The notes under the pieces: generated by a model
The model's database searches: none
The model's input: only the letters and a program-made list of their open reading frames with translations
What the model was told of the DNA's origin: nothing
Made by a program: the position numbers and the translations under genes
Part shown: one piece after another, positions 29,567-39,472 of the stretch
Layout of the letters: each line of letters starts with the position of its first letter
How positions within the stretch are numbered: position 1 is the first letter of the stretch
Origin: Bacteroidetes bacterium 37-13
GTDB taxonomy: Bacteria; Bacteroidota; Bacteroidia; Chitinophagales; LD1
Length of the DNA stretch: 64,000 nt
Direction: 5' to 3'
Assembly: GCA_001897535.1 (NCBI GenBank)
Contig: MKTC01000031.1
Coordinates: 14,428 to 78,427 of the forward strand

Positions 29567-30661
29567 TTATTTCCCACCGTAAATAATTCCACCGCCAATT
29601 ACATCGTTGCCTTCGTAAAAAACAGCACTTTGTCCGGGAGCAATAGCGCTAACTTTTGTCATAAATTCCACTTCAATTTTATCGCCAACCTGCTCTATAA
29701 TACTGCTTTCGCCATTGTGCTTATAGCGTATTTTTGTGATGGCAGGCATTTTGTTGGATAGCTGTTCATACTTCTGCATATTTAGTTTGCTTACCGTCAT
29801 AAAAGATTTTTCCAAATCTTCTTCTTCTCCTAAAACAACAGTATTGGTTTCAGGTATTATTTCGGTAACAAACATTGGTTTGCCAAATGCTACGCCCAAA
29901 CCTTTTCGTTGCCCAATGGTATAAAACGGATAGCCTTCGTGAACACCAATTACATTGCCTTGTTTATCTACAAAATTTCCACCATGCACGCGTTGTTCCA
30001 AAGTTGGGTCTTTGCGTTTTAAAAAACCTCTGTAATCATTGTCGGGCACAAAACAAATTTCGTAGCTCTCGCTCTTGTTTGCTAATTCTTTGTAGCCCAT
30101 ATCCAGTGCCATTTGGCGAATGTATGGCTTGTTGTACTTCCCGATAGGAAACATAGTTCTGCTCAAGCAATCTTGGCTCACGCCCCATAAAACATAGCTT
30201 TGGTCTTTGTTGGCATCTAAACCTTTTGATACCACAAAGCGGTTATTTTCTTCGCGCACTTGAGCATAATGCCCGGTTGCAATAAACTCACAATCCATAG
30301 CATCTGCGCGCTTTAGCAGCGATTCCCACTTAATGTGCGTATTACATAAAACACATGGGTTTGGTGTGCGTCCTGCTAAATATTCATCAACAAAATTATC
30401 AATTACGTGGTTACCAAACTCACCTCTAATATCAATAATATAATGGTTGAAACCGAGTTCTACAGCAACCTGTCGAGCATCGTTAATAGAATCTAAACTA
30501 CAGCAGCCGGTTTCCTTTCGTTTGCCGCCACTGCTTGCGTAATCCCACGTTTTCATTGTAATGCCTACAACCTCATAGCCTTGCTCGTGCAGCATTACCG
30601 CACTCACGGTAGAATCAATTCCACCGCTCATGGCAACTAATACTTTTCCCATTTTGCTCAT
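29567..30661 (-). CDS. mnmA: tRNA 2-thiouridine(34) synthase MnmA
   Basis: PP-loop VAMSGGIDSTVSA, the catalytic Cys context PNPCVLCN, and the C-terminal beta-barrel region. Confidence 0.96.
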   Translation of the reverse strand: MSKMGKVLVAMSGGIDSTVSAVMLHEQGYEVVGITMKTWDYASSGGKRKETGCCSLDSINDARQVAVELGFNHYIIDIRGEFGNHVIDNFVDEYLAGRTPNPCVLCNTHIKWESLLKRADAMDCEFIATGHYAQVREENNRFVVSKGLDANKDQSYVLWGVSQDCLSRTMFPIGKYNKPYIRQMALDMGYKELANKSESYEICFVPDNDYRGFLKRKDPTLEQRVHGGNFVDKQGNVIGVHEGYPFYTIGQRKGLGVAFGKPMFVTEIIPETNTVVLGEEEDLEKSFMTVSKLNMQKYEQLSNKMPAITKIRYKHNGESSIIEQVGDKIEVEFMTKVSAIAPGQSAVFYEGNDVIGGGIIYGGK

Positions 30662-30743
30662 GCTGCAAATGTAAGCAATGAAATTTTGCTAAAGCTGTAG
30701 TTCTGATTTTTTTACAGAATATAAGCGGAAAGTAGCGATTGAA

Positions 30744-31259
30744 TTATAGCGAAAGTACTATATCTGATGCGTGTTTGGTACGCTCTTCGTTTGTTCCGCT
30801 AATAATGGTGAAAGGCTTTTTGAAAAAGTTTAGCTCGTATTTAAAAGCATCAAAAAGTTGAAGCCTATTGTGTGGATTTTCTCTCAAATTATCAGCTATC
30901 CACGGCAAATCAATATCCATTAAGAAGAAATGCGAATAGGTGCGATTTTCAATTTCCTGAATTATCCATTTAGGAACTTCTAAACCATAAAATTCGAGCC
31001 ACACTTTGATGCAAATCATTTCTGTGTCGCAGAATAAAAATTTGTTTGTATTGCTGCATAATTCATCTTCTTTTTTAAGTTGTAATTCAGCTATTTTAAG
31101 CACATCTTCATAGTTCCACTTTCGAGAAATAGTTTCCAAATAGCTGCGAGAAATTTCAGGCACAAATATAGTATTGAATTGCCGCGCAAGCATTTCTGCA
31201 AGCGTTGATTTTCCTGTGCTTTCAGTGCCTACAATTGCAATTTTTTTAATTGGGTTCAA
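30744..31259 (-). CDS. P-loop ATPase/kinase (NadR C-terminal, ribosylnicotinamide kinase-like)
   Basis: IAIVGTESTGKSTLAEMLA Walker A. 171 aa. Separated by 3 nt from the upstream acylase gene. Confidence 0.65.
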   Translation of the reverse strand: MNPIKKIAIVGTESTGKSTLAEMLARQFNTIFVPEISRSYLETISRKWNYEDVLKIAELQLKKEDELCSNTNKFLFCDTEMICIKVWLEFYGLEVPKWIIQEIENRTYSHFFLMDIDLPWIADNLRENPHNRLQLFDAFKYELNFFKKPFTIISGTNEERTKHASDIVLSL

Positions 31260-31262
31260 AGC

Positions 31263-33779
31263 TTACGGATGGTAATTTTCTTCGAATAATTTCTTAGGCT
31301 TTTCATTAAAAAAAGCTGCTGTGTAGTATTCTCCTTTTGCCCAAGTATCAACCATGTTGTCGTAAAATTTACTTGCAGGATTGCCGCTTTCGCCACCCGG
31401 ATAAACTACGTGTGCTTTGCGCTCTCCAAAATCTACTACCATACGCCAGCTTGGTCCGTGCGAAGAATTGGTGGCATTTATAACGCCTAAGTTGCCTCCG
31501 TTGTAAACATTCAAACGGCTAAATGCATCTAAGTTTGCCAAGTGCGCTACTTTGGTTGCTTTGTATTTTCCCCAGTCTAAATTTTCAGTTGATTCAATTT
31601 TGTGGATTTCATCTCTGCCATAAGGTTCGTGTACTTCTACAAATTCTTTTTTGCGCAAGCTTTCGGCAATTACTTTAAATGATTTCATTACAATGTCTGC
31701 GCGAGTTTCTTTTTGCGGAGTAGCGACTATATCGTAAAACACAGAAGTGCTGTCGTGCTTTAGCATTTGAACTACAGTGTAGAAAGTAGGCTGCTTTAAA
31801 GCTGTTTTTGGATCGCGCATTTCATCGAATAAAAGTATGCGCAGCTCATTCCACCAAATTTCAAAATAAACGGGAGCAAGTTCTTGTGGATTGACGTAAA
31901 AATTCCATTTTTTTAGTGTGCTTAAAACTTCTTTTTCTTCGGTTGAAAGTTGTGTTTCGTCTAATAAATTTACCAATACTGGAAGCGCTTCTTGTGCCAA
32001 CAAAAAGTAGTTGTTGTCTTGCATCTTCATCATGTCTTCGGCAGAGATGTTTTGCATATTTCGCAATAGATTATTGATTACGCGATTTCTATAATTTTCA
32101 TAAACGCCAACTCCGGGATAGTAATATTCATAATCAGCAAGTGTAGGATGCTGGTTGGCGCTGCTCACAAAACCTCTTTGCGGATTTTTTTCCGTAGGAT
32201 TTTTTTCGTTCGGAATATATTCTACCCAATCGTTTTTTGTTTCTGATGAAAGAATGAATTTTCCTTGCTCGGTGGCGCGTTCGCGTATGGGAAATTTCCC
32301 TTGTTGCGTAATGGCAATATCTCCGGCAGCTGATGCAAAAACAAAGTTTTGCGAAGGGCAAGTATAGAATTGCAAAGCTGCGCGATAATCATCGTAATTC
32401 TTGCCTTGGTTCATTAAATAAAATGTTTTGAATTCGTTTGATGGTAGATGTGCAGTCCATTTCATGGCTAAGTTTTCGCGAATGGGTGCATCTTTAAAAT
32501 TTCTATCATAAACTATAGGACCAAAGTGTGTAAAAACAATAGTATCTGTGAAATCGGGCTTGCCGTGTATTTTAAATTTTTCAATTTTAAAAGTAGTTGG
32601 TTTCCACTCGTTGTCTAGTTTATATTCCTTTCGTGAAGCATCTTTAAATTCTGTTTTGTACCAATCGCGCACATCGCGCCCGCCATTGGTTACGCCCCAC
32701 GCAATACTATCGTTAAAACCAATAATTACAGCCGGAGCACCGGGAATAGTTGCGCCATACACATTTATGCCGGGAGCCGAAAGGTGCATTTCGTACCATA
32801 TTGAGGGAAGTGATAATTTCAGGTGTGGGTCGTTGCATAAAATTGGTTTTCCACTTGCTGTTTTGCTACCGCCAACTGCCCAGTTGTTTGAAGCCATAGC
32901 GCTTTCGTATTCAGTTTCTGTATTTTGCTTGTTGAATTGCGCTTGTTGTATATTTTTTTGAATTGTTTTTTCTGTTGAAAATGCTTGAACTTTTTGTGCT
33001 TGCTGTGTATTGTTTTCAGAAGAAAATAATCCTTGGTTTTGATATTTTTTTTCAGTGGTTTCGTTAGAAATTATTGGGTCTTCATCTTGAATAAAATCGG
33101 GATAAAGTTTGCTGTATTCTTCTTTCCCAAATTGCTCTATAAAAGCAGTATTTTGAACATCGTATTCATACACGCTAAGCATGTTTGCCATGTTTTTTAG
33201 AAGCAGCGCAACTTTAATTGGTGTCCATGCCTCCGGTTTGTAATCGAGTAGTTTATACTCTATCGGAAGTTGAGATTTTTTTAGCGATTGTATATAGGCA
33301 TTCACTCCATTGCAATAGGCAGTAATTAGTTGTTTACTTTTCTCATCTTTTAAAATAAAATTTTGGGCGTTTTCGGCACCAAAACTCATACCGATTCTGC
33401 GCATAATACGGTCGTTTTCTAATCCTTTTTCGCCTACAATTTCACTTACTCTGCCTGCTGCTGCATGTGTAGAAATTTCCATTTGCCACAAGCGGTTTTT
33501 GGCAGTAATAAAGCCCTGCATAAAGTATAAATCATTTTCGTTTTCTGCTTGTATATGTGGCACTAATCTTTCATCGTACAGCACATTTACTTTTCCGCTT
33601 AAACCTTTTAGCTGAATATCGTTATCCTTAAAATTATTTTGGGTTTCGGTGTTTTGCCAAACTCCGCAAAAAGGGTTGAGTAGTTTACCCATTGCCGGCA
33701 GTGGACCAAGTTTATTGTTAAGGGCAACGGTAATTGACAATGTGGCAACGGCTGAAAATATAGCGGCAAATTTATTCAT
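31263..33779 (-). CDS. penicillin/AHL acylase family (S45 Ntn-hydrolase) protein, second paralogue
   Basis: Signal peptide MNKFAAIFSAVATL and the nucleophile junction AMASNNWAVGGSKTASGKPILCNDPHL. The start is moved to ATG 33779 because the longer track ORF runs through the secDF terminator and overlaps secDF. Confidence 0.9.
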   Translation of the reverse strand: MNKFAAIFSAVATLSITVALNNKLGPLPAMGKLLNPFCGVWQNTETQNNFKDNDIQLKGLSGKVNVLYDERLVPHIQAENENDLYFMQGFITAKNRLWQMEISTHAAAGRVSEIVGEKGLENDRIMRRIGMSFGAENAQNFILKDEKSKQLITAYCNGVNAYIQSLKKSQLPIEYKLLDYKPEAWTPIKVALLLKNMANMLSVYEYDVQNTAFIEQFGKEEYSKLYPDFIQDEDPIISNETTEKKYQNQGLFSSENNTQQAQKVQAFSTEKTIQKNIQQAQFNKQNTETEYESAMASNNWAVGGSKTASGKPILCNDPHLKLSLPSIWYEMHLSAPGINVYGATIPGAPAVIIGFNDSIAWGVTNGGRDVRDWYKTEFKDASRKEYKLDNEWKPTTFKIEKFKIHGKPDFTDTIVFTHFGPIVYDRNFKDAPIRENLAMKWTAHLPSNEFKTFYLMNQGKNYDDYRAALQFYTCPSQNFVFASAAGDIAITQQGKFPIRERATEQGKFILSSETKNDWVEYIPNEKNPTEKNPQRGFVSSANQHPTLADYEYYYPGVGVYENYRNRVINNLLRNMQNISAEDMMKMQDNNYFLLAQEALPVLVNLLDETQLSTEEKEVLSTLKKWNFYVNPQELAPVYFEIWWNELRILLFDEMRDPKTALKQPTFYTVVQMLKHDSTSVFYDIVATPQKETRADIVMKSFKVIAESLRKKEFVEVHEPYGRDEIHKIESTENLDWGKYKATKVAHLANLDAFSRLNVYNGGNLGVINATNSSHGPSWRMVVDFGERKAHVVYPGGESGNPASKFYDNMVDTWAKGEYYTAAFFNEKPKKLFEENYHP

Positions 33780-33845
33780 AAAGCGAAGTGAAAATTTTAA
33801 AACAGAATAGTATTCTTTATTACAAGTTTGAATATAATTCTTCAG

Positions 33846-33880
33846 AAACAAAAAAAGCTCCGGCAATTTGCCGAAGCTTT
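33846..33880 (-). terminator. intrinsic terminator after secDF
   Basis: agcttcggca/tgccggagct stem (10 bp, one mismatch), followed on the minus strand by TTTTTTTG. It lies about 25 nt after the secDF stop. Confidence 0.7.
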
Positions 33881-33903
33881 GATAAAAGTAGTTGAATTTA
33901 TTA

Positions 33904-36900
33904 TTACTTCTTCTTGTTCTTCCATGCTGCAATATCAACCATTAGTGGTGTTGCAATAAAAATAGAAGAGTATGTTCCCATAAATACACCAATTACTAAG
34001 GCAAAAGAGAAACCTCTTATGGCTTCACCACCAAAAATAAAGAGAATAATTGCCACTAATAAAACTGTTACAGAGGTCATAATTGATCTGCTTAGTGTTT
34101 GGTTAATAGAAATATTTGAGTTTTCTAATAATGGGCGTGTTGGGTGCAAACCAATGTTTTCTCTAATACGGTCGAATACAATTACCGTATCGTTTACGGA
34201 ATAACCAATTAAAGTAAGCACAGCAGCTACTATGTGTTGGTTAATTTCTAAACTGAAAGGCATAAACTCTCTGCAAGCGGAGAAGATACCTAATACTACG
34301 ATTGGATCGTGCATCAATGCAATGGTAGCGCCTAATGCAAATTCTAGTTTTGAGAAACGTATAAAGATATAGGCAAACACACCTAAAATTCCGAATAAAC
34401 CTGCCCAAAATGCACCTCTGCGTATATCATCGGCAATAGTTGGCCCAATTTTTACAGAGCTTTTCACAAAGGTCTTTTCAAAATTGGCTTTATCAACCGG
34501 AGTTTTGTAAATTCCTTTTACGCCTTCGTAAATAGCTGCTAAAACAAGGCTGTCTGCATTATCTTCTTTAGAGTCAATTAAATAAGCAGTTGTAATATCT
34601 ACTGTATTAGAAGCGCCATAAGTTTTTACTTGTGGCACTCCGCCAACTTTTGCTTCTACTGCATCAGTAATTTCTACGGTTGATACATCGCGGTCAAATT
34701 GAACTACATAGCTTCTTCCTCCTTTAAAATCAACTCCTAAATCGAATCCGTAGAAAACTATTGATGCTAACGAAAGAGTTAAAACAACTACAGAAATAGC
34801 ATAAGATATTTTCTTTTTGTGTATGAAATCGAAATGGAAATGGTCGAAAAGGTGCATGGTAACTTTATTGCCGAAGTTCACATGCCAGCCTTTGGTGAAA
34901 ATGTATTCATAAACTAAGCGAGAGAAGAATACCGCAGTAAACATTGAAGTAAACAAGCCAATAACCAAAATAACTGCGAAACCTTTTATGGCACCTAATC
35001 CAAATATTAGGAGAACTATACCTACCACCATTGTGGTTAAGTTACCGTCTATGATGGCCGCATAGGAATGTTTGTAACCTTCTTCAATAGCGAGTCTTAT
35101 TCCTTTTCCTCGATTTAATTCCTCCCGTATCCTTTCGTTAATAATTACGTTGGCATCTACCGCCATACCGAGCGTAAGTACTATACCCGCCATGCCAGGC
35201 AAGGTGAATGTAGAACCTGGAATTGATGCCACAATACCAATAATTAAGAATAGGTTCAAGAACATGGCAATATTGGCAATCATACCTGAACTGCTATAGT
35301 AAGCAACCATAAATAAGAATACCACAACAAAGCTTGCCAATAAACTCAATAAGCCCGATTGGATAGCTTCTTTACCAAGTGAAGGTCCGATAACTTGCTC
35401 TTCAACCACTTTGGTACGGGCTTCGAGTTTACCGCTCTTTAATACGTTTGCTAAGTCCACAGCTTCATCTAAATTATCGATGCCTGTAATTTGTGAACGA
35501 CCACCGCTAATTTTAGCTTGTACACGCGGTGCGCTATACACGCGGTTATCCAATACAATGGCAATACATTTTTTTACTGGTTTTCCATTTACCTCGCCAT
35601 TGTAGGCGGCTTCAGTCATTTTTTCCCATTTAGAAGCGCCTAAACTGTTCATGGTAATATCAACTTCAGGAATGCCGTATTGGTCGTAAGATTGTATGGC
35701 ATCAGTGATTACATCACCGGTAAGCGGTGCTTCATCGCTGGCAGGATTTCTTTTTATTGCAAAAAGAGCAAACACGTTTGCATCAGCAGAAACCGGTTTG
35801 TTGCCCCATAGCAAACGAAGGTCGCGCGGGAAAAGCCCACGTACTTCTTCCATTGCCAATAAGCGATTTACTTTAGCTGTATCTTTGCCCATTGCACGTC
35901 CCACAACCGGGCCTTCTGCGGTACGCATGGCTTGTCCATCTTGGAAAACTGATGGATACAACACATCAAAAAGTGGGTTCACATTTTTGTTTGCAGTATC
36001 GGCTTGTGCTTTTGTGGCAGAATCAGCTACCGGAGTTGAGGCTGCTGTTGTTGCAGAATCGCCTAATAAAATTGAAGCTGCATCATTATTAGCAGTTTCA
36101 GTTTTTGCACTATCTGCTACAGTGGTATCTGTGGTAGCAGCTGCTGCTTCTTTGTTCACACCGAAATGTGTGCGCAATACAGTATTAGCTTGGTCTAAGT
36201 AGTTGATTACTTCTTCATTTTCATAAGTATCCCAAAACTCTAATTGTGCAGTTTGCGATAGAATATTTCTAACACGGCTTGGGTCGTCCACTCCCGGAAG
36301 TTCCAATATAATTCTACCTGCGCCTTCTTGCAACGAGATATTTGGAGATGCTACACCGAACTGGTCAATACGGGTTTTTAATACATTAAATGTATTGCCG
36401 ATTGCAGCTTTCATATCGGTGCGCAATACTTTTAATACATCATCATTAGAACTATTAAAGTTTATTTTTCCGTGATAGTTTTCTAACGGTGCAAAAATGG
36501 CTGCCAGCTTAGCATTTGGGTCAATTTCATTAAAAGCTTCACCAAAAAGGGTAATAAAATCGCCTTCTTTTTCAGTTTGCTTTTTTACAGCTAATTCTAT
36601 TGCCTTATTAAAAGTTGGGTTTTTGCTGTTAAAGGCTAATTTCTTCAACACATCGTCTTCTGAAATTTCCAATACCAAATTCATACCGCCTTTTAAGTCG
36701 AGACCAAGGTTAATTTGCTTATCGGCACAATCTTTATAGGTATATTTTACAATACCTAAATTCAAAACTGTTTCGTTTTGAATACTATCTAAATAAGCTT
36801 TGCGCGTTTTGCGAAATTCAGTTTCTAATGAGTCTTCAACTACAACTCTTTCGTAGCCCGAAAGGGTAGCAGGAACTACGCCTACTTTGGCTTTCGCAAA

Positions 36901-37011
36901 TTTTTCGGCTTTACTTTCTACCATACGTGCAGCCACGGTAAACGATAGCTGGTACAAGCAGACAACCGAAAGAACAATCGTGAAAAAACGAATTACACCT
37001 TTTAATTGCAT
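33904..37011 (-). CDS. secDF: fused protein translocase subunit SecDF
   Basis: 1035 aa with two 6-TM RND-like blocks (SecD then SecF) and a large periplasmic domain carrying an Ala/Thr/Asp-rich low-complexity insert. Confidence 0.96.
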   Translation of the reverse strand: MQLKGVIRFFTIVLSVVCLYQLSFTVAARMVESKAEKFAKAKVGVVPATLSGYERVVVEDSLETEFRKTRKAYLDSIQNETVLNLGIVKYTYKDCADKQINLGLDLKGGMNLVLEISEDDVLKKLAFNSKNPTFNKAIELAVKKQTEKEGDFITLFGEAFNEIDPNAKLAAIFAPLENYHGKINFNSSNDDVLKVLRTDMKAAIGNTFNVLKTRIDQFGVASPNISLQEGAGRIILELPGVDDPSRVRNILSQTAQLEFWDTYENEEVINYLDQANTVLRTHFGVNKEAAAATTDTTVADSAKTETANNDAASILLGDSATTAASTPVADSATKAQADTANKNVNPLFDVLYPSVFQDGQAMRTAEGPVVGRAMGKDTAKVNRLLAMEEVRGLFPRDLRLLWGNKPVSADANVFALFAIKRNPASDEAPLTGDVITDAIQSYDQYGIPEVDITMNSLGASKWEKMTEAAYNGEVNGKPVKKCIAIVLDNRVYSAPRVQAKISGGRSQITGIDNLDEAVDLANVLKSGKLEARTKVVEEQVIGPSLGKEAIQSGLLSLLASFVVVFLFMVAYYSSSGMIANIAMFLNLFLIIGIVASIPGSTFTLPGMAGIVLTLGMAVDANVIINERIREELNRGKGIRLAIEEGYKHSYAAIIDGNLTTMVVGIVLLIFGLGAIKGFAVILVIGLFTSMFTAVFFSRLVYEYIFTKGWHVNFGNKVTMHLFDHFHFDFIHKKKISYAISVVVLTLSLASIVFYGFDLGVDFKGGRSYVVQFDRDVSTVEITDAVEAKVGGVPQVKTYGASNTVDITTAYLIDSKEDNADSLVLAAIYEGVKGIYKTPVDKANFEKTFVKSSVKIGPTIADDIRRGAFWAGLFGILGVFAYIFIRFSKLEFALGATIALMHDPIVVLGIFSACREFMPFSLEINQHIVAAVLTLIGYSVNDTVIVFDRIRENIGLHPTRPLLENSNISINQTLSRSIMTSVTVLLVAIILFIFGGEAIRGFSFALVIGVFMGTYSSIFIATPLMVDIAAWKNKKK

Positions 37012-37059
37012 TGTGTTCTAATTAACTTAGTTATGTGGATTTTCTTTAAAAAAGAGGCG

Positions 37060-37067
37060 CAAATATA
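37060..37067 (-). promoter_or_regulatory. candidate -7 promoter box (TATATTTG on minus strand) for secDF
   Basis: The plus strand reads CAAATATA. It lies 49-56 nt upstream of the secDF ATG. Confidence 0.4.
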
Positions 37068-37297
37068 AAAATTGAATACAGATTAGATAATTTGTAGCCT
37101 TATATAATATTAGTAGCGGAATAAATAACAAATAGAAATAGTCGCTGATTTTCTATAAACCTTAATAATATCGCCAAGTTGCGTGTTTTAAGGAAGAATA
37201 TTAACAATTCTAAAAAATAAAAGTAGTCAAATGCTTTTATTTGGAAAAATTGTTTTCTTTGCTTCGAAATTATTCTACTAATCATAAAAAAATCTGT

Positions 37298-38998
37298 ATG
37301 GAAACTTTATCAGATAATATACTTGATGTAACCAAGTTAGCACCTTCGCAGAAACACGCAACCATTTTCGGCCACTTTAATCGCTTAGGCGATGGAGAGT
37401 TTTTTATTATTCATAACGATCACGATCCTAAGCCACTTTATTTTCAACTAATGAATATGCACGGCAATATTTTTACATGGGAATATTTGGAAGCCGGCCC
37501 GGAATGGTGGAAAATAAGAATAACAAAGCAAAGTTTAAACAAGGCAGATGCAGCAACCGGAAATATTTTAGATGTAACAAAGTTGGAACCGCGTTTAAAA
37601 CATGCTACCATTTTTGAATGGTTCGATAAATTAGCAGAGGGAAAGAGTTTTGAAATTCATAATGACCACGATCCGCGCCCACTCTATTATCAATTGCAAA
37701 ACTTGCGTGGTGATACTTTTACATGGGAATATTTAGAAGCCGGACCTGAATGGTGGAAAATTAAGATTAGCAAATTAGATACAAATCACGATAAAGTAGA
37801 AAATACATCAAATAACGCAGAAGAAAAAGTATTAGATGTAACTGTTTTAGATCCAAGAATAAAACATGAAACTATTTTTGGGGAGTTTAATAAATTGAAA
37901 CCCGGCAACAGTTTGGTTATTTTGAATGACCATAATCCGCGTCCACTTTATTTTCACTTGCTTAATATGCACGGTGAAATTTTTAATTGGGAATATTTAG
38001 AAGAAGGTCCTGAATGGTGGAAAGTAAGAATTAGCTTGCGGAAAAAGAAAGAAGAATCTACTGCGGAAAAAGTAGAAGGCGATGGACACATTTTAGATGT
38101 TACAAAACTTGAACCTAAGCGTAAGCACCCAACAATTTTTGAACACTTTGATAACTTAAAAGAAGGAGAGTATTTTGTGATTCACAACGACCACGATCCA
38201 AAGCCGCTTTACTACCAAATGTTGGGCGAAAGAGGAAATGTGTTTTCGTGGGAATATTTGGAACAAGGCCCAAAATGGTGGAAAGTAAAAATTAGAAAAC
38301 GCAAAGCCGGTGAAGAAGATGCTACTCTTGGCGAAATTGCTGCAAGAGATTTGCGCAAAGCACAAGTATTTAAAAAATACGGTTTAGATTTTTATTGCAA
38401 AGGCAAAAAAACAGTAAAAGAACTTTGTGCCGAAAAAGGCTTAGATGTTACTAAAGTGGAGCAAGAGTTACAACAAGTAGATAAAGAGCAATCGCACAGT
38501 TCCATGCGGTACAACGATTGGAGTTTAGATTTTTTAGCCGATTTTATTGTGAACACACATCACAGTTTTGCGAAAAAGAATTTACCCGATATACAAACTT
38601 ATGCAGCAAAAGTTTTTGAAGTACACGGAGCATCGCATCCGGAGTTGAAAAAGGTTCATGAATTAGTGGAATTTATAAGCAATAATCTTTCTATAAATAT
38701 GGCAAATGAAGAGCAAGAATTATTTCCCAAAATTAAGCAATTGGTAAAAGACAAAACTGCTCCGCAGACTTTGCGCGAAAGTTTAAAAGCAGAAATTACC
38801 GCAACCGAAAATGAACACAAAGTTTTGAGTCGCTATTTGCAAGACTTACATCAAGAAACAAAAGCGTATTCAGTGCCGCAAGATGCTTGTGCAAGCTATA
38901 CTTTGCTCTACAATCTTTTAAAAGCATTAGAAGAAGATTTATTTCTACATCTGCATTTAGAAAACAATATACTATTCCCTAAAGCACTAAAACTTTAA
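37298..38998 (+). CDS. fusion protein: four tandem DUF2249 domains plus a RIC/ScdA-type iron-sulfur cluster repair di-iron (hemerythrin-like) protein
   Basis: Four ~90-aa repeats of ILDVTKLxPxxKHxTIFxxFxxLxxGExFxIHNDHDPKPLYYQ...WEYLExGPEWWK. Then come the ScdA N-domain (LGEIAARDLRKAQVFKKYGLDFYCKG) and an H/E-rich helical C-terminus. ATG 37298 is preferred over the track start 37241. Confidence 0.85.
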   Translation: METLSDNILDVTKLAPSQKHATIFGHFNRLGDGEFFIIHNDHDPKPLYFQLMNMHGNIFTWEYLEAGPEWWKIRITKQSLNKADAATGNILDVTKLEPRLKHATIFEWFDKLAEGKSFEIHNDHDPRPLYYQLQNLRGDTFTWEYLEAGPEWWKIKISKLDTNHDKVENTSNNAEEKVLDVTVLDPRIKHETIFGEFNKLKPGNSLVILNDHNPRPLYFHLLNMHGEIFNWEYLEEGPEWWKVRISLRKKKEESTAEKVEGDGHILDVTKLEPKRKHPTIFEHFDNLKEGEYFVIHNDHDPKPLYYQMLGERGNVFSWEYLEQGPKWWKVKIRKRKAGEEDATLGEIAARDLRKAQVFKKYGLDFYCKGKKTVKELCAEKGLDVTKVEQELQQVDKEQSHSSMRYNDWSLDFLADFIVNTHHSFAKKNLPDIQTYAAKVFEVHGASHPELKKVHELVEFISNNLSINMANEEQELFPKIKQLVKDKTAPQTLRESLKAEITATENEHKVLSRYLQDLHQETKAYSVPQDACASYTLLYNLLKALEEDLFLHLHLENNILFPKALKL

Positions 38999-39031
38999 TT
39001 TTTATACACGCAATTTTTTCATGTGAATGAT

Positions 39032-39085
39032 CCCGCTTTAGCGTAAAGTTACTTCCATAGCAAAACTGTTAGAGCGGGTTTTTTT
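39032..39085 (+). terminator. candidate intrinsic terminator after the DUF2249-RIC gene
   Basis: 9-bp stem cccgcttta (39032-39040) / ttagagcggg (39070-39078, one G-U), followed by T7. The loop is large (29 nt). Confidence 0.45.
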
Positions 39086-39097
39086 ACATAAAATATA

Positions 39098-39117
39098 ATT
39101 ACTTCACATGAAGTAAT
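39098..39117. promoter_or_regulatory. perfect 9+9 palindrome, candidate operator upstream of the cupin operon
   Basis: ATTACTTCA-ca-TGAAGTAAT, ending 22 nt upstream of the ATG at 39140. Confidence 0.4.
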
Positions 39118-39139
39118 ACTTAAAAAAGAGATAACAACA

Positions 39140-39472
39140 ATGAGCAATAAAGTAGTTCCTGCCCAAATGGAGTGGCACGAAGGACAAGTAAAAAATTTCT
39201 TTGGAAAAGATTTACTTAAAGTAGGAAACGGAACAGTAAAAGTGGTAAAAGTAGCTCCACTTGCTGAATATCCGGCACACCGACATCCTGATAAAACTGA
39301 GTTTGTGTATGTGCTTTCGGGCAACCCAAGTTTTTTAATCGGTAACGAAGAATACGATGCACAGCCAAATGAATTTTATATTTTCCCTACACGAGTAAAT
39401 CACGCCATTAGCAATAAGACAAACAGTGAATGTTTACTATTAGTTGGCGGAATTAAAAATGAACTTGAATGA
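39140..39472 (+). CDS. cupin domain protein
   Basis: Cupin motif 1 YPAHRHPDKTEFVYVLSG and motif 2 FPTRVNHAISN. 110 aa. Confidence 0.8.
   Translation: MSNKVVPAQMEWHEGQVKNFFGKDLLKVGNGTVKVVKVAPLAEYPAHRHPDKTEFVYVLSGNPSFLIGNEEYDAQPNEFYIFPTRVNHAISNKTNSECLLLVGGIKNELE

Noticed and set aside
30666-30673. CAAATGTA (TACATTTG on the minus strand), a -7-box match next to mnmA
   Set aside because: It lies only 5 nt upstream of the annotated ATG, too close to serve that start. It could work only if translation begins at the second Met, so it is not reported as a feature.
33780-33938. N-terminal 53-codon extension of the second acylase ORF
   Set aside because: The extension runs through the secDF terminator hairpin and overlaps the secDF 3' end. 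A proper signal peptide starts at the internal ATG 33779.
37319-38300. Regular ~270-nt periodic repeats that could be mistaken for a repeat array
   Set aside because: They are in-frame coding repeats (four DUF2249 domains) within one long ORF. They are diverged at the DNA level and have no spacer/repeat structure, so this is not a CRISPR array or satellite.
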